This document shows, piece by piece, positions 1-17,125 of a stretch of 64,000 bases of DNA. Both the position numbers and the translations under genes were made by a program. Position 1 is the stretch's first letter; every line of letters starts with the position of its first letter. A model generated the notes under the pieces. It did no database searches. It saw only the letters and a list, made by a program, of their open reading frames with translations, and was not told where the DNA came from. Source of the stretch: Ylistrum balloti (lineage: Eukaryota); contig NW_026782072.1 in the NCBI RefSeq assembly GCF_031769215.1, positions 124,001 through 188,000 on the forward strand, in the 5' to 3' direction.

Positions 1-5688
<5,688 letters not shown>

Positions 5689-5799
5689 TATCGAAAAAAA
5701 ATCAGGTTATTTGCTTGCAGGTAGTAAAATGATGTGGTAGTACTCTGTGGTAGACATTTGGTTGTCTACTTTCTTTTTGGGGTAAGGCTGATGTACAGT

Positions 5800-5808
5800 A
5801 CTTCCGGT
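5800..5808 (-). promoter_or_regulatory. ETS-family site (ACCGGAAGT) upstream of MFSD9 copy B
   Basis: Perfect GABP/ELK-type consensus 112 nt upstream of the ATG; a matching core lies upstream of copy A. Confidence 0.5.
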
Positions 5809-7846
5809 TGGCAAGAGTTACTCCCCTTACCACTAGACCAAAAATTAAAGAGTCTTATCCATATTTAATAAAATTATGTATTACTTACTTGGAAAACACT
5901 CAATGCTGCTTTTTTCTTCAAAACAAATACTAAGAGTATGCTGAGAGACCTGCTGGCTTCAAAACATTCAAAAACATTTTGACATTGAGGAAATTTAGGC
6001 AGGCTCTCCATATGTCTGCTGAACACTGATTCCTTTTGTGATTAACAAGGACATATAATATAAGGATAGGAGACAAGTAGAGGCGTCTCTGGTGTTAGAT
6101 TTTGTGTTTGTTCACAGAGTAGTGAAGTTATCAATATTTTCTCTCCTAACAGTTGTTATCAACCTGTGACCCATCCACTTATATGCTGTAGTTTGTGTGG
6201 TCCCAGTACATTATTCAGCTTTCTACTGCTGCTTATTTTGAAAACAGAAGTTAAGTCCTTTTGTAGAAAAAGTTGTTTGCAAATATGGCCAGGCTAGTTA
6301 ACTCAATTTCTTACTATCAAAGAGCTGAAAATCTTCCATATCGGATGGGAGCCAGTCAACAGTAATCTGGCTATTTTAACACCAGCTAATGCGTTATATC
6401 TGGCTTTGATGGGTCTTTCTTACATGTATCCCTTTAAATAGTATGTATTGTTGTGTGTCCAACTTTATAGTATACAGATAGCTTGATAGGTGCATCTTGT
6501 AGCAGTGATGTAGCACATTATGTTTACCACATTAGGTATATACTGTACATTTTCAACATCCAGAATGACCTATATTCGAATTCTACAGTCTTTTAAGGCC
6601 GATTCTGATTCTATTGTCTTTGCAAGTGTAAAAGCACTTGGTTTGACTTAAACTGATGATTTTTGTATCTTGTACTTTTACTAGATCTAATAAGCAATTT
6701 AAGAAATATAACATTTTTCAACATTCAAAAATCACATTCTGCCAAAAAAGAAATCAAACATTTTGGTTTTATAAAATTTTATTTTTAACACAATTTATCA
6801 AATAATATGTAACAAATGTTTTTCTGTTAGCCGCTCAGTTACCTTAGCCACCTCACTAAACCAACAATAACAACAGAACTAGGTTAAACATGATCTGGAT
6901 TGTTCCAACATAAATGTCAATCTGAAGATGTCACATTAATTGATATTGCTTTAAATCCCAATCTTATATTAAGGTTTGTAGATTTCTGCAGTATTTGGTC
7001 AATCTTCAGTGAGCAGTCTCATCATTATAACTATAACCTTGAGTTCAGAGCTGGGATATCCTATACAAAATTAAGATAGAATTATGTTAACCACTATCAG
7101 TTCAAATGTACATAATGTTAAATGGCAATTTTTTTCTGAATACACTGTCATTCTAAAATGTAAAACCACGATATTTTTTGTAAAAAGTAAAAAAAAAAGA
7201 CAAGAAAAAAAAGAAAAATAAAAGGAACTCTTCATTCCACATTGTATAAAGCTAGAAACAAAAATATATCATTTAAAATTTTTCAATTGACTTGCTAAAA
7301 TAATCACAGCTTTCAAAAAAGTAAAAAGAAAAAACAGCCCTGAGGTTATAAACATATTAAAAAGTGAACAAGTAAATTTGCTATTTCATATTACAAATAC
7401 AGGTACATCCACAAGGAAATCTTACTTGATCGCGATTGTAACATAAGCAATTGATATAAATTTCCCAATATCGAAGAAGTACTTCAATCCCTGCCAAATC
7501 ATTTGTTTCTAAAAAAAAATGGAGAAAAGTCCTTGAACTTACTAGGTTTGACCATTGCTGTACTCAAACTGACAATGTTCTCCTAAAAATATCGCCTCAA
7601 CAATACAACCATAAGATCAGAAATGATTCAAACCCTTTGTATGACACAGTTGTTACAGCTACTGGAAATAAACACGTATCTCTGAGAGTTTACAAAATAT
7701 CAATGTAAATATATCAATGTAGCCATGATTGAATAATTGAAATTCTTGTTCAATCTGAGAATATCCATCCCTCTGGAACTAGCATTTTCTACTTTTTTAC
7801 ACTCTAATTTGTGGAAAAAACACCTATTAAAATATATGTATGCCAG

Positions 7847-7852
7847 TTTATT
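7847..7852 (-). terminator. Candidate polyadenylation signal AATAAA of MFSD9 copy A
   Basis: First AATAAA on the minus strand, about 100 nt after the stop codon. Confidence 0.4.
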
Positions 7853-7949
7853 TTCTCTACTCCATCAAGTTATCATAGCTTATAAAGTCAAAATGATGAT
7901 TGTAATAGATTAGAAATAGAAAACAGAATACATCTGACAAAGCATAATT

Positions 7950-8608
7950 TTACTCATGGTGAAGTTTTGATTTTGACTGTATGGTGACAATTGTAACTGC
8001 TACAGCTGCCATCACAGACCCTAAGAGGGGAGGACCAGATGAACTGAATTCCAGGGACATACCAGAGAGAAGAGGAGACAGCATACGCGCCACAGACATG
8101 ACAGTGTCCCCTAGGCCCATCACTGCTCCTACTCTCTCAGCACCACCACGTGCAGCCAGCAGACTGGCACTAGCCACACGAAGATTTGTTGTCACAAAAC
8201 TGAGCAGCGCAAGCACAAGAATGTACATCCAGAAGTCAAAGACCAAGGTAAGCGCTACTAAAGTCACAAGCAACCCACATATCATGTGCTGATAGAGTCT
8301 GCTGTTGTCTTGGTACTGACCCGCTATCCAACCTGATACAAAACCACACAATGCTGACACAACAGCTGTATAGGAGGTCAAGTAGCTCATTTGTTGTTTT
8401 GTTGTCCCAAATCTGTCCCTGAAAATCATGTCAGAGTTACTACGGAATAACATCACAGAAAATCCAGAAAAGAAATTCACAAGGAAAATATCGCAGAGGT
8501 TTTTCCAGTTAAGATGTTTAAATGAGGTAACAATGTTTGTTAGACTGTTATACTGTGAAGACTTGTTCTTGATTGTTGATACAGATGGTAGAAGGCACCA
8601 CATTAGCA
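7950..8608 (-). CDS. MFSD9: MFSD9-like copy A exon 6 (659 nt, includes stop)
   Basis: gttttcag|TGCTAATG, phase 1; corresponds to ORF-track 7950..8624 minus its intronic MFMFS prefix. Confidence 0.95.
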
Positions 8609-11600
8609 CTGAAAACATAAACAAACATATATTTAATGAAACTTACCATAACTCAAGAAGGTGAAGAAACAAAACAAACAAAAAACAATAAAAATCTAAT
8701 ACTTCTGAGGAAATGATTAAATAAGTCTAAAATAAAGGACATTATTATCCCATAATATCTGTACATCTACTAAGAAGAGAAAGAATTCCAATGTACAGGT
8801 TGTATGGAAGTGAAGTTCATTTTATCGATATGATAAGATATAATTAGACCTATAGATCCTTATGATAATAGTGACCTTGATGACCTTTGACAGTTTTCTT
8901 ACATTGACCACATGCATTCCCTAAATTCTGTACTCAATTCTATACATTGTGAATGGAAATGATAGACATTCAGCAAATTACCGAAGTCAACTAGTCTGGT
9001 AAGTTTAACAAATATGTGTATTATACAAGTATCACGGCCTTGTTTCACTACAATTCCAAAACTCTGATTTTACCTTGATAAGTCACTGTAAAAGTTAAAG
9101 AGAACTCTTCTGTTGATGGAGATTCCTTAAAGTCACATGTATTCTGCCCCGACAGAAAATTGTTTGTAATTCGCTCTCTTGACATTAATGTGGCCCTCAA
9201 TACCCTTAGTGAAGCCTTACAGTGGTGTGATCTGACCAACTAACTGGACACTGTTTTTGAATAGTATTAGCAAATTATCAGTGTAATACAATGTATGTTA
9301 TATTCATTCAATTTTATTAATGGAATATATTCATTAAACTCTTAACAAATTAACAATACATTATGAGACTGTTGACTTTATTTTTCACAATATTTTCATT
9401 AAAATGTATAAACAGTGCTAAAGCTTTGTGGTTATCTATAAATGTCCTTGGGTGACCTGTAACAGACACAAGCTGATGCCCGATACATGTCAGCTGTGCT
9501 GGGGTATATTAAGAAATAAAGGGACAAGTGGTCCCCAATGTCAGTAACACCAAGTCTAGCAGGGAACAAGAAGAAGTTTCTAGTCAACCTTTACTTGGAG
9601 GTTTATCACAATAATGCTTCAATCTTTACATAAAATCTGTATAAATCTGTATACGCAAAGTGCTCATGAGACTAGGTCCATAAATCTGATCTGTTAAAAA
9701 TAAAACTGAATTCAGTGTTTTCATTGCCAAGGAAGACTTAAGCTTGAACATAGGATTACTAATAAGGAATCATAAACAGATTTACCTGAATTCAGTATGA
9801 ATATGGCTCCACATAGACAGCTGACCGTGTAGAAACCTCCGTAATGTTTGATGATAATGCTACTGACTAGTGGCCCAAGGATGAAACCGATGCTGGACAC
9901 AGAGTTAAACCTTCCATACACTCGACAGCGCTGGTCTGCAGGTGTGATGTCTGACAACATCGACCTTGATATACTCTGACTTTGTTTAAACATACCTACC
10001 AGAAACAAATTAAAAGCAACATCAAACGTTTTTCATAATTTGTGTTTACTCTAATGTTGATCATAAATATCACATTCCATAAATTTCTCAATCTGACAGA
10101 ATATTTACAATATGTTAATTTTATTGCCAATAATTGTGTTACTTCATGAAAAATGTACCGAGACCAACAAACCTATTGTTTCTTTCCTTTACACTGTATG
10201 AGTATGGAAGAAATAAAGAAAATGGGCAGGATCTATTCCTTAACAATTGATGACAGAGGTGATTACAAAATTCTCTATGATCATCACACAAGCTCTTAAC
10301 ATACATGTACCTGTGATAATTCGTGAGAAGATGAGTATTGTCAAAGTGCTGGAGAACCCCATCGTCAGGTAGCCCACAGCAGACATGAGAAGACAAGGTA
10401 CTAGACATACCTTTCGACCCTTTATGTCACTCCATCGACCCTATACACAAACACTTCAATGCTTCATTCATAGTATTCAATATATACATGTTAGCCTACA
10501 TCAAAGTTCACAACAATAACTGCTACAGCATACAAGTTTAAGTAGAAACCTTTACAAAATAAACATGGCTTCAGATCAAAGACTGATATATTCATATGTA
10601 CAGTAGAGTGACTTGAAAATATTAGTGTTTATGTGGTGTTTTCATTCTGTACACCGATTGACTTTTTCTAGCATATAAAATGGATAACAGAGGTCATTAT
10701 TCATTTCAATGCCCCAGCTGAAGTCTGATGCTCAATCAATTGAGCTAAACAGAACTTCTCTTTAGCTCAAGTGGTTGAGTGTCAGAATAGTAAGCCAGAT
10801 TATACTGGATCTGAATTCTAGTCAAGGCATTGGAATAATGATGGCCTCTGTTACAGATGTTTTAACACAAAAAGGTATTTACCATGGCAGGACTGGAAAC
10901 GAGTTGCAATGCACCATACACAGACCCTGTTCGGGAAAAATCATTTATCAAACTGATATATAAAAACAACCATGTCAAGTCAATAAGTCAATGGAATACG
11001 GCTTATCACTATCAGTTTTGAAGTCTCAGATAATCTGATAAATTTATCAACAATTTTACTGGGGAGTAGAATCCTAACTAGGTAGAAACCAAAAGATGGT
11101 GGATATATCAGTTCTGATGATTTTTTAATGCTTACTTTGAAAGTATAGAGAAAGGCTTAAAAGAACTTTTTTCAAAACTTTACTATAGGCAAAGATGTAC
11201 TAAAAATTCCAACAGTTCCTCACAACAAATATTGTTATTTTAACGAGTATCAAAATATCTGTAAACTTTCATTCCTGTTTTGTAATCAAGAGATCTTTTG
11301 TTGATTGTCAATGATTACCAATAAAGCCTGCTACAGTTGATGAAGCGCCAAGCTCTCGGGCGTGGGTTCCAATCTGTGACACTATCATGCTGACACCAAA
11401 CAGATCCTAAAGGTAAGATACTTCATTATAACAAAAAAATGAACGAGTGGCAAAGTTTTATGATTTAAGGAATATCTCTTGTTTCAGAGCCAAATGCAAT
11501 ACCGAATATCAAATGTCTATAAAGGCTTCCCATCTCTGCTTCCTTGAGTGGTCTCGAGAAAGCCAGATTTTAAAGAAATTGGCAAGTTACTACAATGGAG

Positions 11601-11919
11601 GGGAGATGACTCAACATTTGGTAAAATAAAACCGTTTTCGTTTACCTTTATAATTAAATGTATGGTTAAGTATAACTTTAGCCTTGTCAATATATGTTCC
11701 TATTCCATGAAGTGAAAACATTATTTTCATCTATCAACAGTAACACGTATACAATATGAATACAATTATTGACAGCCTCATAAAGAGGAGAAATCAGACT
11801 GATAGTGCCAACGTGGAAATTGACATTTCTAAATATGTGTGCTTTATTGACATGTTATCGCAGTAATCGTTGATACATACCAGAAAGCCCGACACGTAGA
11901 GCACTGTCGCTATCTCCAT
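7950..11919 (-). CDS. MFSD9: MFSD9-like MFS transporter, copy A, 389 aa; join complement(11881..11919,11319..11406,10883..10926,10311..10440,9786..9995,7950..8608)
   Basis: Six GT-AG exons sum to 1170 nt with an uninterrupted frame: MEIATVLYVSGFL|DLFGVSMIV...|GSVYGALQLVSSPAM|GRWSDIKGRK...|GMFKQSQSISRSMLSD...GFILGP|...VMGLGDTVMSVARMLSPLLSG...GPPLLG; MFS motif A present; matches MFSD9 along the whole length. Confidence 0.95.
9786..9995 (-). CDS. MFSD9: MFSD9-like copy A exon 5 (210 nt)
   Basis: ctggtag|GTATGTTT...AATTCAG|gtaaat. Confidence 0.95.
10311..10440 (-). CDS. MFSD9: MFSD9-like copy A exon 4 (130 nt)
   Basis: gtatag|GGTCGATGG...ATCACAG|gtacat; GRWSDIKGRK (the ORF track shows a different frame here). 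Confidence 0.95.
10883..10926 (-). CDS. MFSD9: MFSD9-like copy A exon 3 (44 nt)
   Basis: cgaacag|GGTCTGTG...GCCATG|gtaaat; GSVYGALQLVSSPAM. Confidence 0.93.
11319..11406 (-). CDS. MFSD9: MFSD9-like copy A exon 2 (88 nt)
   Basis: cctttag|GATCTGTTT...TTTATTG|gtaatc; DLFGVSMIVSQIGTHARELGASSTVAGFI. Confidence 0.94.
11881..11919 (-). CDS. MFSD9: MFSD9-like copy A exon 1 coding part (39 nt)
   Basis: ATG in strong context (agaATGG) with an in-frame TAG upstream; MEIATVLYVSGFL|gtatgt. Confidence 0.87.
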
Positions 11920-11963
11920 TCTGCATGCTGTAAACTAAGCGTACTTTCTTTTTCACACCTCTT

Positions 11964-11971
11964 CTTCCGGT
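11964..11971 (-). promoter_or_regulatory. ETS core (ACCGGAAG) upstream of MFSD9 copy A
   Basis: 45 nt upstream of the ATG; equivalent to the copy B site. Confidence 0.45.
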
Positions 11972-12229
11972 CTACCTTAACGCGAGTTATCTACCTTGAA
12001 CCTGTAGCCAACTTTTTTTTTTTTTTTTGACATGAAAAGTGGTGTATTTACGCAAAATTTTGTACAGGTGGCGAACCTTTTTCATGTCTCAAAATTATTT
12101 AAATATACTGAATTTTCAAATTGAAATTTTGTTTTATTATCTATATTTTTTAAGAAGTGTTTAAAAAATTCCAAGAGAAATGATACTTCAGAATTATTGT
12201 ATATTGCATTATAAATTTGGTAACAAATA

Positions 12230-12340
12230 TGTTGATGGGGTGGGGGGGGGGGCTGACGATTCCTAATATGCCTGTCCAGCTCATCCCACAGATGTTCAAT
12301 GGGAGTCGTATTGGGGCAAAGGCTGAAAGTTGTTTGTTGT
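12230..12340 (-). mobile_element. Tc1/mariner transposase relic
   Basis: Translation TPIEHLWDELDRHIRNRQPPP resembles the Tc1 C-terminal motif (SPDL)NPIEHLWDEL.RRV; fragment only, flanked by poly-G runs. Confidence 0.7.
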
Positions 12341-12376
12341 GAGGGGGGAGGGGGGGGGGGGGCTCGCCAACAAGTG

Positions 12377-12714
12377 TTATGCTCTTCGGGGAGCATACGG
12401 TCAACGGTTTGTATAAACAAAAAACTCCACCAGTAGATAGATCACAGCAAGGAGAAATGCGGTGCACTAGAACAAACACTCTCTTTTGCATTAGTTAAGA
12501 GTTATTGCACTTTTATCTTTAATACTTAAATTTTGCCCGGAGCATTACACTTAAACTATAGGAGGTATTAACATGAAACCTCTGAAGTAGGTAGATCTCA
12601 ACCAGTAGGAGAGAAGTGCACAGGAATCATAACTCTGTTACTGCCTTTGTTATTTTTCATACTTTAGTTTTGTCCCATTTGGGGAGCATAACCTGTGTCT
12701 GAGAGCCCTTGTTT
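12377..12714 (-). mobile_element. Short HINE/Helentron-like non-autonomous element (~340 bp)
   Basis: On the minus strand it starts AAACAAGGG, has a subterminal TTATGCTCCCC (12681-12691) and ends in the hairpin TATGCTCCCCGAAGAGCATAA (12377-12397), the subterminal-IR plus 3' palindrome layout. Confidence 0.55.
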
Positions 12715-14679
12715 ATAAATAAACACAAGCTGACTTTTTTGCGCTATTGTTGTAAAATAACTAAGGTTTTCCTATATTCGGCACCAACTGGTCACAGAAG
12801 GAAATTAATGTGTTGAATCATTTGTTTGAAAGTCCCTACATCTGGGCGTTGACACCAAGTGGTTTTTCTGTACATCTAACTTCTTATCAAGGCTCCCAAG
12901 CTTTTGGAAATCTTTGACACCAACTTGCCCATGCTTAGTTCAGATATTTTGGATCAGTCTCCATCAACCTGCATTTCTCGGAACCCTGTGTTGTAAGATT
13001 TCCCCTTTTTTGTCAGTTTTTATCAAAGAAATAATCAAACTGTGATGCTACTGTGTGACATTTTGTAATTCGCGCCCCCAGTCTACCCTCGATAAATTAG
13101 ATCGACATAATTACATTAACTGTCAGCGCCTCCCCATATGTATGCCGTCATGACCAGTAAGCTACAGTCAGTTATCGATTCCTAACCCTGCCGAGATCAG
13201 ACTAAAATGCACCGCAGTAAATTCAATGGCATGTAAAGCCAATGACGTACTATGAATTATTTAATTACGGTCATTCTGACCATCGGCTGTTTGGCCATGT
13301 CCATAACGATAGACTATCGTCCCTGGTGCAAGTTAGCGCCGTTTCGTCGTTCCGGAACCACTGATCGATTTGTCTCTATAAGCAGCTACATGTTTGTATC
13401 CATATCGTATGTCCACCGAGACCAGACAGAACAGCTTCCTCTCTTTATTAACTCTTAGACCTATACTCTACAGGAGAATTGGGAAATATCGGGTTGAGTA
13501 CAAATCTCGTATGACATAAAAGAACAGAACGTTTTTTCCCATTTCAGTCACAATTCTGATAATTCGAAGCACATGATTTGATAAAAGGCATTAACACGAG
13601 GTTCTCTTGAGAATAAGATGGCCGAAATGTCACGTCCTATCACAGCATTGATGGCTACTAATTTTACGTGTGTGACATGCACTACATGTCACGGTGTGTG
13701 GGAGCGCCACTGAACGATTGAAAGTACAGCGTGTGAGTTCTAATAGCTTCGGATTCCAGTGTTACATAAACGTGAGGAAGTGTTTCATTTCTGATCCGTG
13801 GTCTGTTGTTTGACCTATGTTGAAGGCATGTCCACGCGTACCGACCCGTCACTAATCACGTGGAACATCAGGCGCCTATCAGACCATACCACCACAGCTA
13901 ATCATGATGGTAGATAGCAGATTCTCCCTGCCGCCGACAAATACCACGGATTATAAACTGACATAATTTACGTTACCGCTTCGTTGTACCCAGATGTTTC
14001 AAATTCATATCTCCGACATTGATACGGGCACTATGACCGTTTCCCTCGATCGACCTTTCCTATATATATCCTTGACGTTGATTGTCATCGAACTACTCAA
14101 GTCGATAATTTATATTCATCTTATCCTAAACCCTATATTTACGAAATGATTCGTTCGTCATTATTACCTTCCTATCGTTATTTCACACGTATCTGTCTAA
14201 TTTCTTCCTCAAATTTGTATAATTGTCCTGACATATTGGAAGCACAATAGCCAAAACACACGCCATATCTTATTCTACAAAGGACGGGAAACGGTAGGAT
14301 CGAAGATGTCAAAGACAAGTCTAAATGAAAATGAAGAGAGTAAGGGACATTTATGAAAATTAAGACGAAGAAAGGTCAGATCGCAATGAACAGTCCATAT
14401 AACGGAGAATGGTGATTATCAGACAGTAAAGATCACGGAGTGGAGACATATCAAAGAGAGTAAATATGGATGGAGTATGAAATGATATTTAAGAGAAAGA
14501 AAACGGAGAGGTGAAGTAACATTAATAAGAACAGAAGAACGACCAAATCAAATCAGAGACGTACACCTGTTATTTAAGTCTTTGTCCAAATAATAGAGAA
14601 AGGATAAAAGAAAATTGAGTGACCACATTGAAGAGAGCGAAGTACCGAGTAAGGCCAGGTCATTTTACTTTAAAGACCT

Positions 14680-15630
14680 ATATATGAAAGAGGCCAAATA
14701 GGCCTAAAATAAATTGCTACACTACAATTTCCATAGAAGACATTGGTTAGTTAATAAAGACAATTTCTACAAACTTGAAATCCTATTCTTTATACATGCA
14801 CTACACCAATGCCATTATTCCGAACATATTGCTTGTTGAAAAAAACAGATAAAAAAGGTCATTGTCCTTTTGCTTATTTGGAAGAAGTTGCTTACGCATT
14901 TCAAAATATTTGACCCCTATGACTCTGATAGCAGGTCTAGATGAACAAATTTTGTAGCCATTCATCCCAGCATGCTACAGGACCAATATCAGCACAATGG
15001 ACCTTTTGGTAATTGAGAAGAAGTCGTTAAATATTTCAACACATTTTACCCCTAAGACTTTGAAAGTGGGCCAGGGTAATTCATTTGCACAAACATGAGT
15101 TTTTATCTCATCATAATACAGACCAAATGTCAGCATCCTGTGCCTTTTGGTCGAATAGAAGTTGTTTAAACATTTGAACATATTTAATCCTGTGACCTTT
15201 CAAATAGGTCAAGGTCATTCATATTAACGATCTCAGTAGCTCTAACCGCAAGTATGCTACAAGTCTGATATTAGCACCCTGGACGTTTTTGTTATTGAGA
15301 AGAAGCCCATTAAATAAGTTAATATATATGACCCTTGTGACCTTGAAAGCTGGTCAAGGTCATTTATATTAACAAACTTGGTAGCCCTTCATCCAAGCAT
15401 GCTACAAGCCTAATATCAGCACACTGAGCATTTTGGTTATTGAGAAGAAGTCGATTAAACATTTCAATATATTTGACCCCCGTAACCGTAAAGCTAGTCA
15501 AGGTCATTTATATGAACAAACTTGGTAGCCCTTCATCCTTGCATAACACAGACGTGATAGCAGCATCCTGGGCCTTTTGATTAAAAAGAAGTCGTTTGAA
15601 CATTTTTACGATTTTGGGACCTTAAAAAGC
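14680..15630 (+). mobile_element. HINE-type element with ~5 degenerate ~140-bp internal tandem units
   Basis: Recurring GAAGAAGTCG / GGTCAAGGTCATT / GTAGCCCTTCATCC.AGCATGCTACA blocks at about 140-145 bp spacing (14875-15610); same family in inverted orientation at about 59500-59880. Confidence 0.6.
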
Positions 15631-15665
15631 GATCATGGTAATTCATAAATATTCATATATTACAC

Positions 15666-16470
15666 AGGTATGATGTCAGTAACTCTACATGTGTATATCT
15701 AGATGTGATGTCAGTAACACCACATGTGTATATCTAGATGTGATGTCAGTAACACCACATGTGTATATCTAGATGTGATGTCAGTAACACCACATGTGTA
15801 TATCTAGATATCATGTCAGTTACACCACGTGTATATCTACAGGGGTGATGTCAGCAACATCACATGTGTATATCTACTGGGGTGATGTTATTACACCATG
15901 TGTATATCTACAGGGGTGATGTCAGCAACATCACATGTGTATATCTACTGGGGTGATGTCATTACACCATGTGTATATCTACAGGGGTGATGTCAGTAAC
16001 ATCACATGTGTATATCTAGATGTGATGTCAGTAACATCACATGTGTATATCTAGATGTCATGTCAGTTACACCACGTGTATATCTACAGGGGTGATGTCA
16101 GCAACATCACATGTGTATATCTACTGGGGTGATGTCATTACACCATGTGTATATCTAGATGTGATGTCAGTAACACCACATGTGTATATCTACAGGGGTG
16201 ATGTCAGTAACATCACGTATATATCTAGATGTGATGTCAGTAACACCGCATGTGTGTATCTAGATGTGATGTCAGTTACACCACATGTGTATATTGACAG
16301 GGGTGATGTCAGCAACATCACATGTGTATATCTACAGGGGTGATGTAACACCACATGTGTATATCTAGATTCGATGTCAGTAACACCACATGTTTATATC
16401 TACAGGGATGACATCGTTCACTCTACAGGTACATATATCGACAGGTGTGATGATGTCAGTAGCTCTACAT
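15666..16470. repeat. Minisatellite, 35-37-bp unit (GATGTGATGTCAGTAACACCACATGTGTATATCTA), ~22 copies
   Basis: Directly visible tandem array; interspersed 37-bp variants beginning CAGGG/CTGGG. Confidence 0.95.
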
Positions 16471-17105
16471 AACCTACAACACATATTTAGATCTGTACAG
16501 TTTGTTTATACAGTTCTGTATTATAACTCGACAATCTTGAGAGAGATGGTTGAGTGAGATGGGGTTGGACAGCCCAGTCTCAGGTTGTGTACATGGCGGA
16601 CATTTAGATGGTTGGCCATATACATACCTTATCCAGAGAGAATGGAACTGATTTCCCAACTGAACATGAAAATGTATATGGGGTCTCCTGACCACATAAA
16701 TCTTCTCTGAGCTTTTTCTCACTAATGCTTCCAACAGTCCTGTCCAGAACCTTCCATTCTTCTCTCCCGGCCTCCAAGTGTAAATGAAAGAAGGTGACAC
16801 TGCTTGTTTTTCAAAATGGTTGTAAAATAAATAAAGTTTATATTTTTATCAATATATCTCGCTTTGATGTCTTGATCCTGGTGACCATGAACATCAGTTC
16901 AAGAAGCAGTCCATTTTGGGTACTGTACAGGTGAAATATAAGCAAGAATCTGTTGATGGAAACAGATACATAACGACAGACGTTGCACCAAACCTCAGGC
17001 TTACAAGAACAAGAGTAGGTAAAAATAATCCACACAGTTCGTCATTGACTTTCATCTATTTATTCCACATGAATTCCTGTAAAATTCTTTACACTGATAT
17101 AGCAT

Positions 17106-17125
17106 TATATATATATATATATATA
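17106..17125. repeat. (TA)10 microsatellite
   Basis: Visible dinucleotide run. Confidence 0.9.

Noticed and set aside
7981-8664. Plus-strand ORFs 7981..8292 and 8428..8664
   Set aside because: Antisense to MFSD9 copy A exon 6
9048-9239. Intronic ORF with an AAG|gtaaaa donor as a cassette exon of MFSD9 copy A
   Set aside because: It would insert within TM6, has no counterpart in copy B, and has no convincing phase-1 acceptor
16041-16343. ORF from the 35-bp minisatellite; also 25337..25801 from the 42-bp one and 57930..58142 (poly-Ile)
   Set aside because: Products of tandem-repeat periodicity; plus frames are broken by unit variants
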